NCBI GenBank assembly: GCA_002269645.1
Contig: NIVC01000851.1
Location: 1-64,000 of the forward strand
DNA: 64,000 nucleotides
Source: Macrostomum lignano
Lineage: Eukaryota
Direction: 5' to 3'
Below are positions 14,621-27,662 of the stretch, piece by piece. The notes under the pieces were generated by a model. It saw only the letters and a program-made list of their open reading frames with translations. It did not search any database and was not told the DNA's origin. How positions within the stretch are numbered: position 1 is the first letter of the stretch; each line of letters starts with the position of its first letter. A program made the position numbers and the translations under genes.

Positions 14621-15279
14621 CCTGGGGATTTACACACTACAGATGCTTCCCTACCCTCGTATATATAGCTGTCACATTTGCCGAGTTGCCTGCCTAGCAC
14701 CAGGAAAAATCCCCAAAACGAGTACAAATTTACAGCATTGATAGTTGTTGTTGTAATGGTCGGTGTCAGAATTCCCCCTCCCAGTTTTACCCAACTTTAC
14801 TAAATAATTACATTAACAAAGGAACCAATAAAGTAGAAAATATATATAATAGTTGAAAAATCGCAGACTGCAATCTCAAATCAAATACATATCATACTAC
14901 TATTAGTATATTTTTTTGTTTTCTCGTCATTTCAGAGCCGCTACTCGTCGTACAGAAATGGTGTTCTTTATAAGTAGTATATGGAGCAAATGCGCATGAC
15001 TTGCGAGCGAGTGACAGGGTATTAGCAAAGAAACATTCAACTCAGAGATAATCTCGCTTCTCTGAATATCAGTAACTGAAAAAAATAATACAGTCGCTTC
15101 GGCAACGACTTTGTCAGAATAATTCAATCAGAAGTTTATCGATAATTTGTTAAATTGATTCAGTTAAACACCGTTAAAAACTGCCACAAGTTCGTATATG
15201 GGGCTCATTGTCCTGTCTACACGGGCTGGATACAAGCAACTGGGTTCTATGAGAAGGAATTCCAACGGTTGGCAATGTT

Positions 15280-15970
15280 AAATAGGGAATTTCATTTGAA
15301 AGGGATTTCCAGGTATTTTACACGGAATTCTAATTAAAGGGATTCCCAGGGTTTTTTGATAGAGAATTCCAATTAAATGGGATTCCCGGGGGTTTTTATA
15401 GGGAATTCCAATTAAATGGGATTCCCTGGGTTTTTTATAGGGAATTCCAATTAAATGGGATTTCCAGGGTTTTCTGATAGGGACTTTCAATTAAAGAGGA
15501 TTCCCTGGGCTTTTTGATAGAGAATTCCAATTAAATTGGATTTCCAGGGATTTTTAATAGGGAATTCCAACTAAAGGGGATTCCGAGGGTTTTCTGATAG
15601 GGAATTCAAATTTAAGGGGATTCCCAGGGTTTTCTTATAGGGAATTCCAATTAAATGGGATTTCCAGGGTTTTCTGATAGGGAATTCCAATTAAATGGGA
15701 TTTCCAGAGTTTTCTGATAGGGACTTTCAATTAAATAGGATTCCCTGGGCTTTTTGATAGAGAATTCCAATTAAATGGGATTCCCAGGACTTGTTGATAG
15801 GGAATTCCAATTAAATTGGATTTCCAGGGATTTTTAATAGGGAATTCCAACTAAAGGGGATTCCGAGGGTTTTCTGATAGGGAATTCAAATTTAAGGGGA
15901 TTCCCAGGGTTTTCTTATAGGGAATTCCAATTAAAGGGGATTCCCAGGGTTTCTGATAGGGAATTCCCGA
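15280..15970. repeat. About 40-bp degenerate minisatellite with internal dyad (GGGAATTCCAATTAAATGGGATTCCC...)
   Basis: About 17 diverged copies read directly. Confidence 0.9.
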
Positions 15971-16176
15971 AGCCGGCTGACAGGGAATTCTTATTGAACG
16001 GGCTAAAAAGTGTCGATTCCTGTCTAAAAATTCATAATAAATGACTAAATTCTATTTACTTTGAAGTATCTTATACAAGTAAATGATAAAATAGTAAAAC
16101 AGGCGATTAGGCTAAAAGTAGGGAGTGAGAGGGGGGTTTGGGCGGACGAGCTCGAAATTGCAGCGAGTCAGCGAGG

Positions 16177-18802
16177 TCAGTCCACGGGGCAGGGCGCGAT
16201 CACATCGACAGAGGACGAGGCCGAGCCGAGTTCGCCAACGCCGGAAGCGATTCGAAGACGTTCAGCCGCAGCCAGGAGGTCGTCCAGCCCGACGGCGTGC
16301 TGAGAAACGGCGGCTTCAACAGCGGCGTCGGCGTCGCCTTGAGCCTCGGCCAGGACGCGTCGGAGCCGGCCGACAGCGGCCAGCCGGCAGAGCTCGCGCA
16401 GGTCGCTACCGGACAGTCCGGGCGTGGCCGCGGCGACTCTATTGAGACCGGCGGCAACGTCGCCGCCGATCGGTTCGCCGGCCAGCAGCACCTCGAGAAT
16501 GCGGAGGCGCTGCGCCTCGTCCGGCAGGCCGATTCGAACCTGGCAGGGCAGTCGGCGCAGGATTGCAGCGTCCACTGCGTGGCGCCGATTTGTGGCGCCC
16601 ATGACCACTACGCGAGAGTCGCTCCTGCGGAGGCGCGGAGGTTCAGCTGACCGTTTGCACTTTTAGGTGGCCGGGTCCTATGTTACTCTGGAGCGTACTC
16701 TCCGTGAATCGAGCTGACATGCCAGTTCATGAACTGGGATGCCATTTTATCAACTGATGTGCCACTTTATGAACTGGGGTGCCATTTTATGAACTGGGAT
16801 GCCATTTTATGAACTGGGGTGCCATTTTATGAACTGGGGTGCCAATTTATGAACTGGGATGCCATTTTATGAACTGGGATGCCATTTTATGAATTGGGGT
16901 GACTTTTTATGAACTGGGGTGCCATTTTATGAACTGGGATGCCATTTTATGAACTGGGGTGCCATTTTATGAACTGGGATGCCATTTTATGAACTGGGAT
17001 GCCATTTTATCAACTGATGTGCCATTTTATGAACTGGGATGCCATTTTATGAACTGGGATGCCATTTTATGAACTGGGATGCCATTGTATGAACTGGGGT
17101 GCCATTTTATGAACTGGGGTGCCATTTTATGAACTGGGATGCCATTTTATCAACTGATGTTCCCTTTTTTAACTGGGATGCCATTTTATGAATTGGGTGC
17201 CATTTTATGAACTGGGGTGCCATTTTATGAACTGGGGTGCCATTTTACGTGTTAATAGATAATATATAAAGGGAACGAAATTGATAGAATGTTTAACCTG
17301 GTCAGCAGACCGTCCCAGAAGGTCATAAACTGAGTCTTGACCTTCTCCGAGCACTCGTGCCCGCCGCCCATCCGATCTCGATTGCCTAGAAAGCTGTCCA
17401 ACTCGTCAACAAACACAATAACTGGCTGCAGCTTTTGCGCCAACGAGAACAGCGCTTCGACTCGTTTCTCCGACTCGCCGACCCATTTGTCGAATAGCGA
17501 GCTCAGCCTGACATTGAGAAACCTGGCACCGGCGGCTTTAGCCGTGGCCTTGGCTATGAGAGTCTTGCCGCAGCCAGGCGGCCCGTACAGCAGCACACCT
17601 TTGGGCGGCTGCAGCAGGCGGCTGCGCTCGGCCAATCGGGATGCCTCAGCGGCAGCACCACACTCTCCCGCAGCTCCGCTATGGCTTCATCAAGGCCGCC
17701 AATATCCGCCCAGGTAGCGTCCAGGCCGGCCGGATCGACCAGGTCGGCGGCCAGCACCAGTTCGTAGTCTGTCAGGCGGACTGACGGGTCGGCACCGATG
17801 GCGCGAAGGATTCTGGCAGCCGCCTGCGGATGGGGACTAACTGGATTAGTGCTGCAGCCACTTTAATCTGCATCCCTCCAGCCTTTTAGAGTCCTTGCAG
17901 GCAGCACAGGTAAAACAGGAAAAAAAGACGAGAGGTCGCGGTACAAGTCGCCTGAGGTCGATTTGAGGCGTTTTATTGTCTGCGACTCAGCTAGAACGCT
18001 TCTATATTGACTCTGGGGCCGCTAAAGAGTTGCAACCACTCTTTAGCGATTATTGTCACGGTAACTTTTTCAACGGGCCGAGCTTCTCCAGCCAGTGCCA
18101 TTCCCTCTCCAATCTGCATTCCTGCCCAATCCAGCCAGTGCCATTCCCTCTCCAATCTGCATTCCTGCCCAATCCAGCCACTGCCATTCTCTCTCCAATC
18201 TGCATTCCTGCCCAATCCAGCCAGTGCCATTCCCTCTCCAATCTGCATTCCTGCCCAATCCAGCCAGGGCCATTCCCTCTCCAATCTGCATTCCCGCCCA
18301 ATCCAGCCAGTGCCATTCCCTCTCCAATCTGCATTCCTGCCCAATCCAGCCACTGCCATTCTCTCTCCAATCTGCATTCCTGCCCAATCCAGCCAGTGCC
18401 ATTCCCTCTCCAAGCTGCCAATCCAGCCCTGTAGCTCTACAGAAGCCTCCGCAAGCCATGCCGGCCACTGACCTGCTTAGCAGCCGCGTGATCCTTGCTA
18501 GCTGGATCGGCCAACTCGGACAGCAGGCGCCGCAGCACCAGCCAGGCAACCAGGACGGACAAGCCGGTGCCAGCCAGCGACAGCAGCAGTCGCCGGGTCT
18601 CTGGCGTATTCAACGCCGCCCATCTGGAAGCGCCGCCGCGGCCATTCGATGCGACCATTGCAGTTGCGGCAGTTGTGGAGATGCCGGCAGCGGCTGCAGC
18701 GTCGCCTTTATTAATTCCTAGATAGCTGGCCACGCTGGCCAGGGCCTCCTGCACCTGCTGGTAGGCGGGAGACGATGTTACCACGCTGATGTAGTGGTCC
18801 AT
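16177..18802 (-). CDS. ATAD1: ATAD1/Msp1 outer-membrane AAA+ ATPase, 3 exons, with a 1-nt frameshift in exon 2
   Basis: Exons 18802-18473, 17823-17298 and 16624-16177 have GT/AG ends in matching phases (0, 2). Motifs: TM + LADPASK, TWADIGGLD, SRLLQPPKGVLLYGPPGCGKTLIAKA, VFVDELDSFL, KTQFMTFWDGL, VVVMGATNR, GLSGSDLRELCR. One T is missing at about 17635 (CCC GAT TG GCC where GAT TTG GCC is needed). Confidence 0.93.
16725..17250. repeat. 20-bp minisatellite (GCCATTTTATGAACTGGGRT) in ATAD1 intron 2
   Basis: Read directly. Confidence 0.96.
18085..18425. repeat. 43-bp minisatellite in ATAD1 intron 1
   Basis: CCAGCCAGTGCCATTCCCTCTCCAATCTGCATTCCTGCCCAAT, about 8 copies. Confidence 0.95.
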
Positions 18803-19289
18803 CAACAATTTTTAAACAGATAAAATTGAGAACCTACTACAATTATACAACTGTGTTCATGTTTACACTTGAATAAGCTAGGGGCTAGTGCATTTTGCCT
18901 GGCAATATCTGGTGTACAATTGAAAATATTTTTGGGTAACTTCTAGTGCACATAAAACACGATCCTGACAATGTAATTTATATGCATGTAGATAGTTGAC
19001 TAGTTGAGTACAGTGCCAGGCAAGTTTTATTAACCTTTTTGCAAAGATAAAAAGTTGGCAAACAAGAAACTTTAATTTTATTAATTTTATTTTTAGTATT
19101 GGTGTAAAAAACTTAATACAGTGACATGGAATATAAAACTAATAATTTTGATTCCAGAACTAGAATCAATAGGAAAATGAAATGTATCAATTTTTTGTTT
19201 CTCTTCAATTAAATTACTTTTAAAAAGATAAAAACATTTCTAACTCAAATATGGCAGGCCTATACTTTTGACCTATGAGTGTTCTTTTT

Positions 19290-19595
19290 TATATATTCAT
19301 ACATGCGCAACCTCCAAAATTCGGTCGGCCATGCGACTTAGTTTTAACAAAATGCGACGTAGTTTTTGGCCAAAAATGCAACTTACATGTAAAAAACCTA
19401 AAGCAAAATTAACGCAACTTTAAGTAAATGGCAGGAGTAACTATGACTGTCTTATTAACTCAAAATGCCTCGTCAGCTACTTAGTACTACTACTTTGGTA
19501 TTTTTTGTGTGGGCATTTTTGCGACTTCCTTGGTTGGCTGCCAAATGGGTCGGCCGAATTGGCCGACTTGGCCGACTGTTGCACATGTATGTATA
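19290..19595. mobile_element. Possible small MITE with imperfect terminal inverted repeats
   Basis: ATATATTCATACATGCGCAAC...GTCGGCC on the left versus reverse complement of the right end ATATATACATACATGTGCAACAGTCGGCC. Confidence 0.45.
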
Positions 19596-21961
19596 TATTT
19601 GTTAAACTTTTTGTTTATATTGCTAGTTCAATTTTACAACTTATTCAAAATGTGACCAACACCAAAACACCATGCTCAGCCATGCAATTTATATTCACCT
19701 TGCTGGTCAAGCAGACAGGGTAGCTTCCTATTTAACATATTTCATTACGAAATAACTAAAATAATGTAGAGATTGCCTTTTCTCTTTACCAAAGACAATA
19801 TTATTTTAACAACTGAAGCAGCTTCTGAAATAGATATGCCTTGGCCTTGGCCAGATTACAAAAGCCAATTTTTTGCAAAGGTCACTTTCATTTTCTTCTT
19901 TCTGAAAAACTGAGGCCTTGGAAATGGAAAAACATGAGATCATTAAGGACAGGTATGTAAAAATGCTAGGCCTAATGGCAAGGATAAAATATGTAAATGA
20001 GAAACAAAGGAAATGAAATGTTATTTGAGCTGCATTACAAAAAAACAATGTTTTAAGCAGCAGCAAATTAACAAAAAAGGTTTTGTAGAAGTGCATTCAA
20101 GACAACATTGAAGCTAAAAGTTATAGCTTTACTTCAGAGTAATGTGAAAATAAATACAAGGCTTTAAAGAAGTTCAGCAACTTTCAAATGCTATGTAGCT
20201 TAGCCTATAAAACATTGACTTAAGCTGACTACAAGCAAATTCTACATTTTTTCTAGTTGATACTAGTTTTTTATTGTATATTTTCTGAACATTAGTACAA
20301 TTACCATACCATTATCAATAAATAGAGTCATTAGAACATTGAGTAGTAGATAGGCCTAAGCATCATCTCTAAGTAGATACAGTCTATACATTTGTTCTTC
20401 TGCAATCTAGGCTGATAGTGAATTATATTGAAAACCACAAGCATTATGCATTTAATTTTATGCCAAAGCATCTTATAAATATATAATAAAATTTAAAGCC
20501 TGGTGATGTTACAACTTGTAATGTTATTGCTTGATTATATTTTTGTTGTATAGTATAGTCAATAGATACAATTGAAATTTCTACATGACATCCATTAGTT
20601 GTTCAAAAAATAGTTTGGAACCCATATCATTCTAGAAACTCTATTGTATTATCAGTTGCTTCTATAACTGTTGGCCAAGCTTGATATAAAATGATAATAC
20701 AGCTAGGACAATTTTTCTTGCCATGGTAGGCTTATATACAATTTGATTGACTTCCCATGCCAAGGTCATACAATACAATACTTCTAATTCTGATTGATTG
20801 CATTGGTGTCTAATATAGTCTAATATACATATTATACATGCCCAATATACCATAGGCCCCCTAGTCCCAAGTATGTACCATGCATGCAAGAATTTTTTGC
20901 TTTGCATGCTGCACGTGGGAGGATTGGATCAAATTCACTAAGTGTGCGCCGATGGACTGAGGGGGGAGAGGTTGACAATTGACAAAGTGACTACCCTTTA
21001 AGTGTTGCAATTGGCAACTGATAAAGTGAGTCGTGACCATGTTTAGAGGTCCACTAATTAGCCAATTGACGAAGTGACCTGAGGGCAATAGCTTCCCAGT
21101 TGACAATTTGACTAGGATCCCAATCCTAACCGGTCGTTTAGCCAATAAACCGTTTCGGCCATGGACATTTTGCCCCCAGACCGTTTCGGCCATGGACAGT
21201 TTCGCCTCCAATTCGGACCAGGGACCAGGACCAATAATATCGCCTCCAATATTCAGCGAAAACAACAATGCAACTAAATAAATTAGCAAAAACGGTTTAG
21301 TTAAGTTATGCGTTGGGACCTTGTCATAGTAAGTCATTATGGTCATATATAGCGATTTCATACACGCTGCCTTTATCAGGCTAGCAACCTAAGGTAAGGC
21401 AGTAAGAAAAAATATCAAATAAGTTGATATCAGCATATGAAGATAAATAAACTGTCTTGAGCAGGCTAATTGGATCACTAAGGGCTAAGGCTAAGCCATA
21501 CATAACAGTTACAAAAGCCCGATGAAGTCATGCATGCATGAAGACCGAAGAAGGAATCAGAATTGGCTCAGGACAGGCTCTAGTTCAGTTAACAAGAAAC
21601 AGCGCAGGAAGTTTAAAAAAGTAACTAGAACAATATTTATGCTATATGCTAGTAAGATATTCTGATTAGCTTAAAGTTTTATTGGTATTTAATCTGAAAA
21701 TTGTTTCTTTGAACAATCGGATATGTTACTTATTTTGTTAGCTTCAGTTGTTTTAAAAAGTTCCGAGCTTATTTTAGCCTAACATTTAGAATGCATGCTT
21801 CTTCAAGGAAATGCATGGCGCTGAATGGAGTTTCTGTTTCACCATTGATACGTTCGGTCGAGAAAAATCCGCATGAAAATTAGTTTTCGAGACCTTGCCC
21901 CGTCGATACGAAAACTTACAAGCGTCGAGCTTATTTGTAATCAAGAGTAGCGTTCTTTCTA

Positions 21962-22451
21962 CAGGTGTCGGCAATTACTCGATCCGCGGCCCGCTGGCCA
22001 CATGCGGCCCATTAAAATTTCTTAATTCGGCCCTCGGGTCTTTTGAAACTTCATAGTGGCAATCCGGCCCACTCAAGGTCTCTTCTCAGCTCTCTTACCT
22101 CGACTCTCTCCCCTTTCTTTAGTTTCATTGCTGTCTGCAGCGCTCTCTCATCTTCTCTCCCCATCTCTTCTCTCCTTTCATCTCTCATCTATCTATCTTC
22201 TCTTCTCATCCCCCTTTATTTCTCTCTCCTCTCTCTTAGCTTATATTCTCTCACATCTCTCCCATATCTCTTCTCTCTCTCTCGCCTTTCCTCTCTTCTC
22301 TTTCTCTCATCTCCTACTCGTACATGTATTTCCTCTTCTTTCTCTCAACTATAATTCCTTCTTCTCTCAGCTCTCATCCAGCCTTCATTCGGTCCGCAAA
22401 AAAGTTCTTTACCCTACTAGCTTTTAGGTAAAAAAGCTTACCGACCCCTTG
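21962..22451. mobile_element. Possible hAT/Charlie-like non-autonomous element with CT-rich interior
   Basis: Left CAGGTGTCGGCAA, right TTACCGACCCCTTG, and GCGGCCCG/GGCCC subterminal motifs; no convincing TSD. Confidence 0.4.
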
Positions 22452-23309
22452 TTCTATTTGTATACTTGCTTGTCCCATGTATCTAAACAGCAGACAGGGT
22501 TTAAATTGTTATATTTTAAACTCTAACCCCCTTCTAACTTTTGCAGTGAATTAATCACCCTAAAAATGAATACAATTTTAATTGGCTCGCGCATCTACGT
22601 AGCTTTTAATGCTGCTGTAACTTGATCATTCTCACTGCACTCGTAAACACATGTAAATGTAACTATATATTTATTTACCTTTTCAGCGCGTTGCGTTTCG
22701 GCGGTTTCAGAATGAGCAAGTAGGTGTACATAATTTAGAAGTATATATTTACGTTCGAAGGAGGCTGAGAGTAATTATATATTTCAGTATAGGGAATACA
22801 GCATTCAATAGCAGTACCACTTGCAGTATCAGAGGAGCATTATGAAAAATAATTAACTTAATAAATTAAGGTCTTAGATACTTCTCGAGTCGGAAAATTA
22901 ATAAAATTATTAATGCGAGCTATATAAGCAAGGCGCGCCTAATATGAATGAACATTAATTTATATAGTACCCAATATTCAAAGTTTAAATGGTTGAGATG
23001 GAAGATTTTGTGTTGAGAAAATTGTTTGGCTTTGCTTTTACTTTCTATAATCTATAATTTACTTCAATTTGCTTGAAAATCTTCAGTCAAAGCAGCTTTA
23101 AAAGCGCTTTTTAGTTCTCATGGGAGAATGACAGAATGTGCATCAGCGATGGGAAAACAAAGCTGACAGAAATGTTAACTTAATTGAGTTCTATGCAAGC
23201 TTAAACTCGATCCTGTTGAAGTCCAATTTTGTTAATGTTTTACATGTATAGCTGGTACATGTAGATGCGAATGGGTTTTAGACTGTTTGGGTCAGATTCA
23301 CAAGACGGA

Positions 23310-23890
23310 GGGGTCAGCTTCTCTAGAGGGAGGGGTCAGATTCTCTAGAGGGAGGGGTCAGATTCTCTAGAGGGAGGGGTCAGATTCTCTAGAGGGAGGG
23401 GTCAGATTCTCTAGAGGGAGGGGTCAGATTCTCTAGAGGGAGCGGTCAGATTCTCTAGAGGGAGGGGTCAGATTCTCTAGAGGGAGCGGTCAGATTCTCT
23501 AGAGGGAGGGGTCAGATTCTCTAGAGGGAGGGGTCAGATTCTCTAGAGGAAGGGTCAGATTCTCTAGAGGGAGGGGTCAGATTCTCTAGAGGGAGGGATC
23601 AGATTCTCTAGAGGGAGGGGTCAGATTCTCTAGAGGGAGGGGTCAGATTCTCTAGAGGGAGGGGTCAAATTCTATAGAGGGAGGGTCAGATTCTCTAGAG
23701 GGAGGGGTCAAATTCTATAGAGGGAGGGTCAGATTCTCTAGAGGGAGGGGTCAGATTCTCTAGAAGAAGGGTCAGATTCTCTAGAAGAAGGGTCAGATTC
23801 TCTAGAAGAAGGGTCAGATTCTCTAGAGGGAGGGGTCATATTCTCTAGAGGGAGGGGTCAGATTCTCTGGAGGGAGGGGTCAGATTCTTT
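23310..23890. repeat. 22-bp minisatellite (GTCAGATTCTCTAGAGGGAGGG)
   Basis: Read directly. Confidence 0.96.
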
Positions 23891-24639
23891 GGAGAGTATC
23901 TGCTACCTCAAATATAAAAAAGAATCTTAACAGCATTTAAGACAACTAAGTTCAGTGATTACAGAAGATTGACGCTAGATCGAATGAAACGCGTCGTTAT
24001 TTTCTTATAGCTAGAACACAAAACACTAAGCAAACGATTTCAGCGTACAATACATCGAAATAAAAATGCTAAAAAAAATAGTGAAATACTGATGAGACCA
24101 ATTAACTTATGATCATCAGGCTCCGGTCCAGTTCAACTGATTTCCTAAACAAACCGGAACGATCGACATACCGAATGAACCGGATCGGAACCGGAAGAAG
24201 TTCATAGCTTGGTAGCTGTTTAACGACGCTAAAACAGGGCTAATTGTATGCAAGGTCCACTAGAAGTTATACCTTGCATCGTGCTACAAGTTCGAGAATT
24301 GCGTCCAAGGACATCTATAATGATACAACGATAACTTCTAGTAGTCCTTGATTGCATGCATAAGCAAACACTAATAAGCATAAGTTAGCTAGTAGAACGA
24401 CTGCGCAAGCAGTTTAAGGTATACATGTAGCCATAGCCATGATTAAATATTGGTATAAATCTAATGAAGAACACGAAATTGTCGTAAAACATAGCTTTTG
24501 ACTTTATTACGAGTTGTGGCGGTGCACAGCCCGGATCGAGAACTTAGGGCGTTCGCACGCAGGCGCAGGTGACTTCACCCAGCCAGCCAAGCTTGGATTT
24601 GTCTGGGAGGACACAGGGTCGCAGTCACAAACCAGAAAT

Positions 24640-24805
24640 ATCATAACTCCGAAAGTGTTAGCAACGCCCATCATAAACCCGAAATATCACAAAGCCGAAA
24701 TATCATAACTCCGAATACCAAAATAGTGTTTGACATTGCTAGAACTTTCGGGTTATGATATTTCGGGTTTATGATATTTCGGGTTTATGATATTTCGGGT
24801 TTATG
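24640..24805. repeat. Fold-back element built from ATATCATAA(A)CCCGAA motifs facing their reverse complement
   Basis: Three to four ATATCATAACTCCGAA-like copies are followed by four TTCGGGTTTATGATAT copies. Confidence 0.7.
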
Positions 24806-24823
24806 AATGCGTACAAGCTGTTG

Positions 24824-25910
24824 AACCGGCGGTTTTGAACCCGCTGAATTCCAATCCCCGGAACTATTTTTGCAAAAGAATATTAAGTTTTAAGTCGTAC
24901 TCAAACAAAAACTTGTAAATAGGTTAGAAAAAAATGAGTAAACTTGTTGTTAAATTAAGATTTGAGGCAAGCCTTGATCTTGTCGGTTTTGATGTGCCGC
25001 GTAGAAATGAGTCCATCTAAACGCCTGTCTAAAACATGTGTTGGCAACTCTGGCCTCTGCCTCTCTCTCATTCCTTTAGGTTATTTTGAGCTTCTCTCCT
25101 CTCTCCTCTTTCCTCTCTCTCTCTCTTTTCTTATTTCATCTATCATCTCGTCTTCCCTCTCCTCTCTCCTCTCTTCTCTCCTCTCGTATTCCTTCTCTTT
25201 TGATAATCCACTTCTCATCTCTTTTCTCTCATCTTGGCTCTCTCCTCTCTACTACTCTCTTTCTTCTCTTCTCTCCTCTCTCGTCTCTTCTCCCTCCCCT
25301 CTCTGCTCCCATATCTTTCTTCTCCTCTCTCCTCCCATCTCTTGTCTGTTCACTCTCGTCTCTGCTCTCTCATGTCAACTCTCTTTCTGTCATCTTTACT
25401 CTACAATCTGTTCTCTCATCTCTCTCCTCTGTACTCTTCTCTTTCCCCTCCTCTTTTTCCTTTCTCTTCTCTTCTCTTCTCTCGGAGAACTAAACTATAC
25501 TGGCTACGCCCCTGAGATTCTGCATAGACATTCTCCTCGTTTCAGTAGGTTATTATACATAAGTTTCATCGCTGATTTGCCAGTAGTCCAGGAGTTCAAT
25601 TGCAACACACACAGAGACAAAAATCGCCTGACTTTGAGTATATACAAGTATAGAGACAAGCTGTTAAAACCTGCGGAATTTGAACCTGTGGAATTCTAAT
25701 CCCCAGAACTATTTTTTCTTGTATTCTAAAATCTAAAGTCATACTCAAACAAAAACTTGTTAATACTCGTAGTTAGGATAGAGGTAAGCATAAAATGGAG
25801 TAAATTCGTGTAGAATAAAGATTTGAGGCAAGCATTGATCTCGTTGGTAGAATGTCAGGCCATTTCTGTTTAAAACATGCATTGGCAGAAGTTGGCCTCT
25901 GCCTCTGCCT
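24824..25910. repeat. Old diverged direct duplication (about 250 bp at 24824 and 25658), each copy followed by a CT-rich low-complexity tract
   Basis: Shared blocks ACAAGCTGTT, TACTCAAACAAAAACTTGT, AAGATTTGAGGCAAGC.TTGATCT and GGCCTCTGCCTCT at an offset of roughly 830-900 bp. Confidence 0.75.
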
Positions 25911-26094
25911 CTCTATATATCCCTTGAATCCTTTGAAACTTCTATCTCCTCAGATTCTGTCTCCTCTCTTCTCTCTTGTCTTTTGTCTCTCCTCTTTTTT
26001 CTCGTCTCTTCCCTCTCCACTATTCTCCTCTCTTCTCTCGCGTCTCTTCTCTCTCGTCTCTGCTCCCCCATTTCTAATTTCTCCTCTTTTATCT

Positions 26095-26520
26095 ACTCTC
26101 TTATCTCCTCGCATTCTCTCCTGCTCTCTTATCTCCTCGCATTCTCTCCTGCTCTCTTATCTCCTCGCATTCTCTCCTGCTCTCTTATCTCCTCGCATTC
26201 TCTCCTGCTCTCTTATCTCCTCGCATTCTCTCCTGCTCTCTTATCTCCTCGCATTCTCTCCTGCTCTCTTATCTCCTCGCATTCTCTCCTGCTCTCTTAC
26301 CTCCTCGCATTCTCTCCTGCTCTCTTATCTCCTCGCATTCTCTCCTGCTCTCTTATCTCCTCGCATTCTCTCCTGCTCTCTTATCTCCTCGCATTCTCTC
26401 CTGCTCTCTTATCTCCTCGCATTCTCTCCTGCTCTCTTATCTCCTCGCATTCTCTCCTGCTCTCTTATCTCCTCGCATTCTCTCCTGCTCTCTTATCTCC
26501 TCGCATTCTCTCCTGCTCTT
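26095..26520. repeat. 28-bp minisatellite (CTCTTATCTCCTCGCATTCTCTCCTGCT)
   Basis: Read directly, about 15 copies. Confidence 0.96.
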
Positions 26521-27662
26521 TACTCTCTCTTCTCTCTCCCCTTTTCTCACTCCTCACTCTCCCCTCTCTTAACACTCCCCTTTCTACTCTCTCCCTCTCA
26601 CCTCTCCCCTGTCCTCACAATTCTCTCTCCCCTCTTCTCTCCATTCGCCTCTCCCCTCTCCTCACTCCACTTCTCTTTCTCTTTGTCTGTCGTCTCTCCT
26701 CTCTGTTCTCTCTCATCTGTCCTCTTTTCTCTCTTCTCTCTGCTCTCTGCTCTCTCCACTCTGCTCTTTCATATTTCCACTCTTCTCTCTATCCTCTCAT
26801 CTCTCCTCTACTCTCTGCTCTCTTCCAATCGTCTATTCCTTCTCCTTTCCACTCTTTTCTGGCCTGCAGCTATGAGCTGGATTCTTTATCTGGCTTCGAA
26901 AGCCAGTTTGTGGAACGTAGTACTCTCATGGTTGTTCTCATGCTTTAATTACGTCATTTTCCAGCCAATTAGCAGCCCTGAGAGGAAGTTGTGTACCTTC
27001 AGCTCCACTGCAGTCTGCATCAGTCTAAGAACCAAGAAAATACGCATTTCTTCGGAGGCCATTTAAATCTTAGGTAAAACTTAATGTTAAAATTTCCATG
27101 GTGGGACTTGTACTTGTACCTGGTACGTCGTATTGCATTGCATCGCTTTTTTCATAAATCTTCTTCTTTTAGCGCCATGCTAAAAGCGGTGCATAAAAGC
27201 ACCCATGCTGGATTGCCTTGATTTGCGAATAGCCATCCACTGTTAAACTGCTACAGAGTTTGCCTACACAGAGGGCAGTGGTACAATTTCTCACTAAACA
27301 GTGCAACAGCGTAGCAACAGAAAATTGGAATAATATATCTTACGAACTAAATAATGCATTTTAAAGTTGAGCCTTCAAAATTATAGTTTTCCTACTCACC
27401 GCAGCATGCCTGTAGGTACCGTATCTACAATTAAGAAGTCTATTACCTGATCTGAGCAGCTTGAACCGTACCGATCCAAAAACGCCTTTGCTTCGCAAAC
27501 CATTAACTGCATTATGAAAATAAATAGCACTGACTATAAGTTTACATAGCTTTGCTTAGTAACAGCGTCTAAAAGTAAAGCTGAAGTTGTTTCGTTGTTA
27601 CAAAAAATCAAATATTAGCTAACCAGTAAACAGAAAGAACAATTTCTAATGCATATATACTC

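Noticed and set aside
20861-21361. 166-aa ORF with short GTTTCGGCCATGGAC repeats
   Set aside because: No protein motif; probably a repeat remnant that I cannot classify.
24962-27066. Long Leu/Ser-rich ORFs resembling membrane proteins
   Set aside because: Produced by CT-rich low-complexity DNA and the 28-bp repeat.
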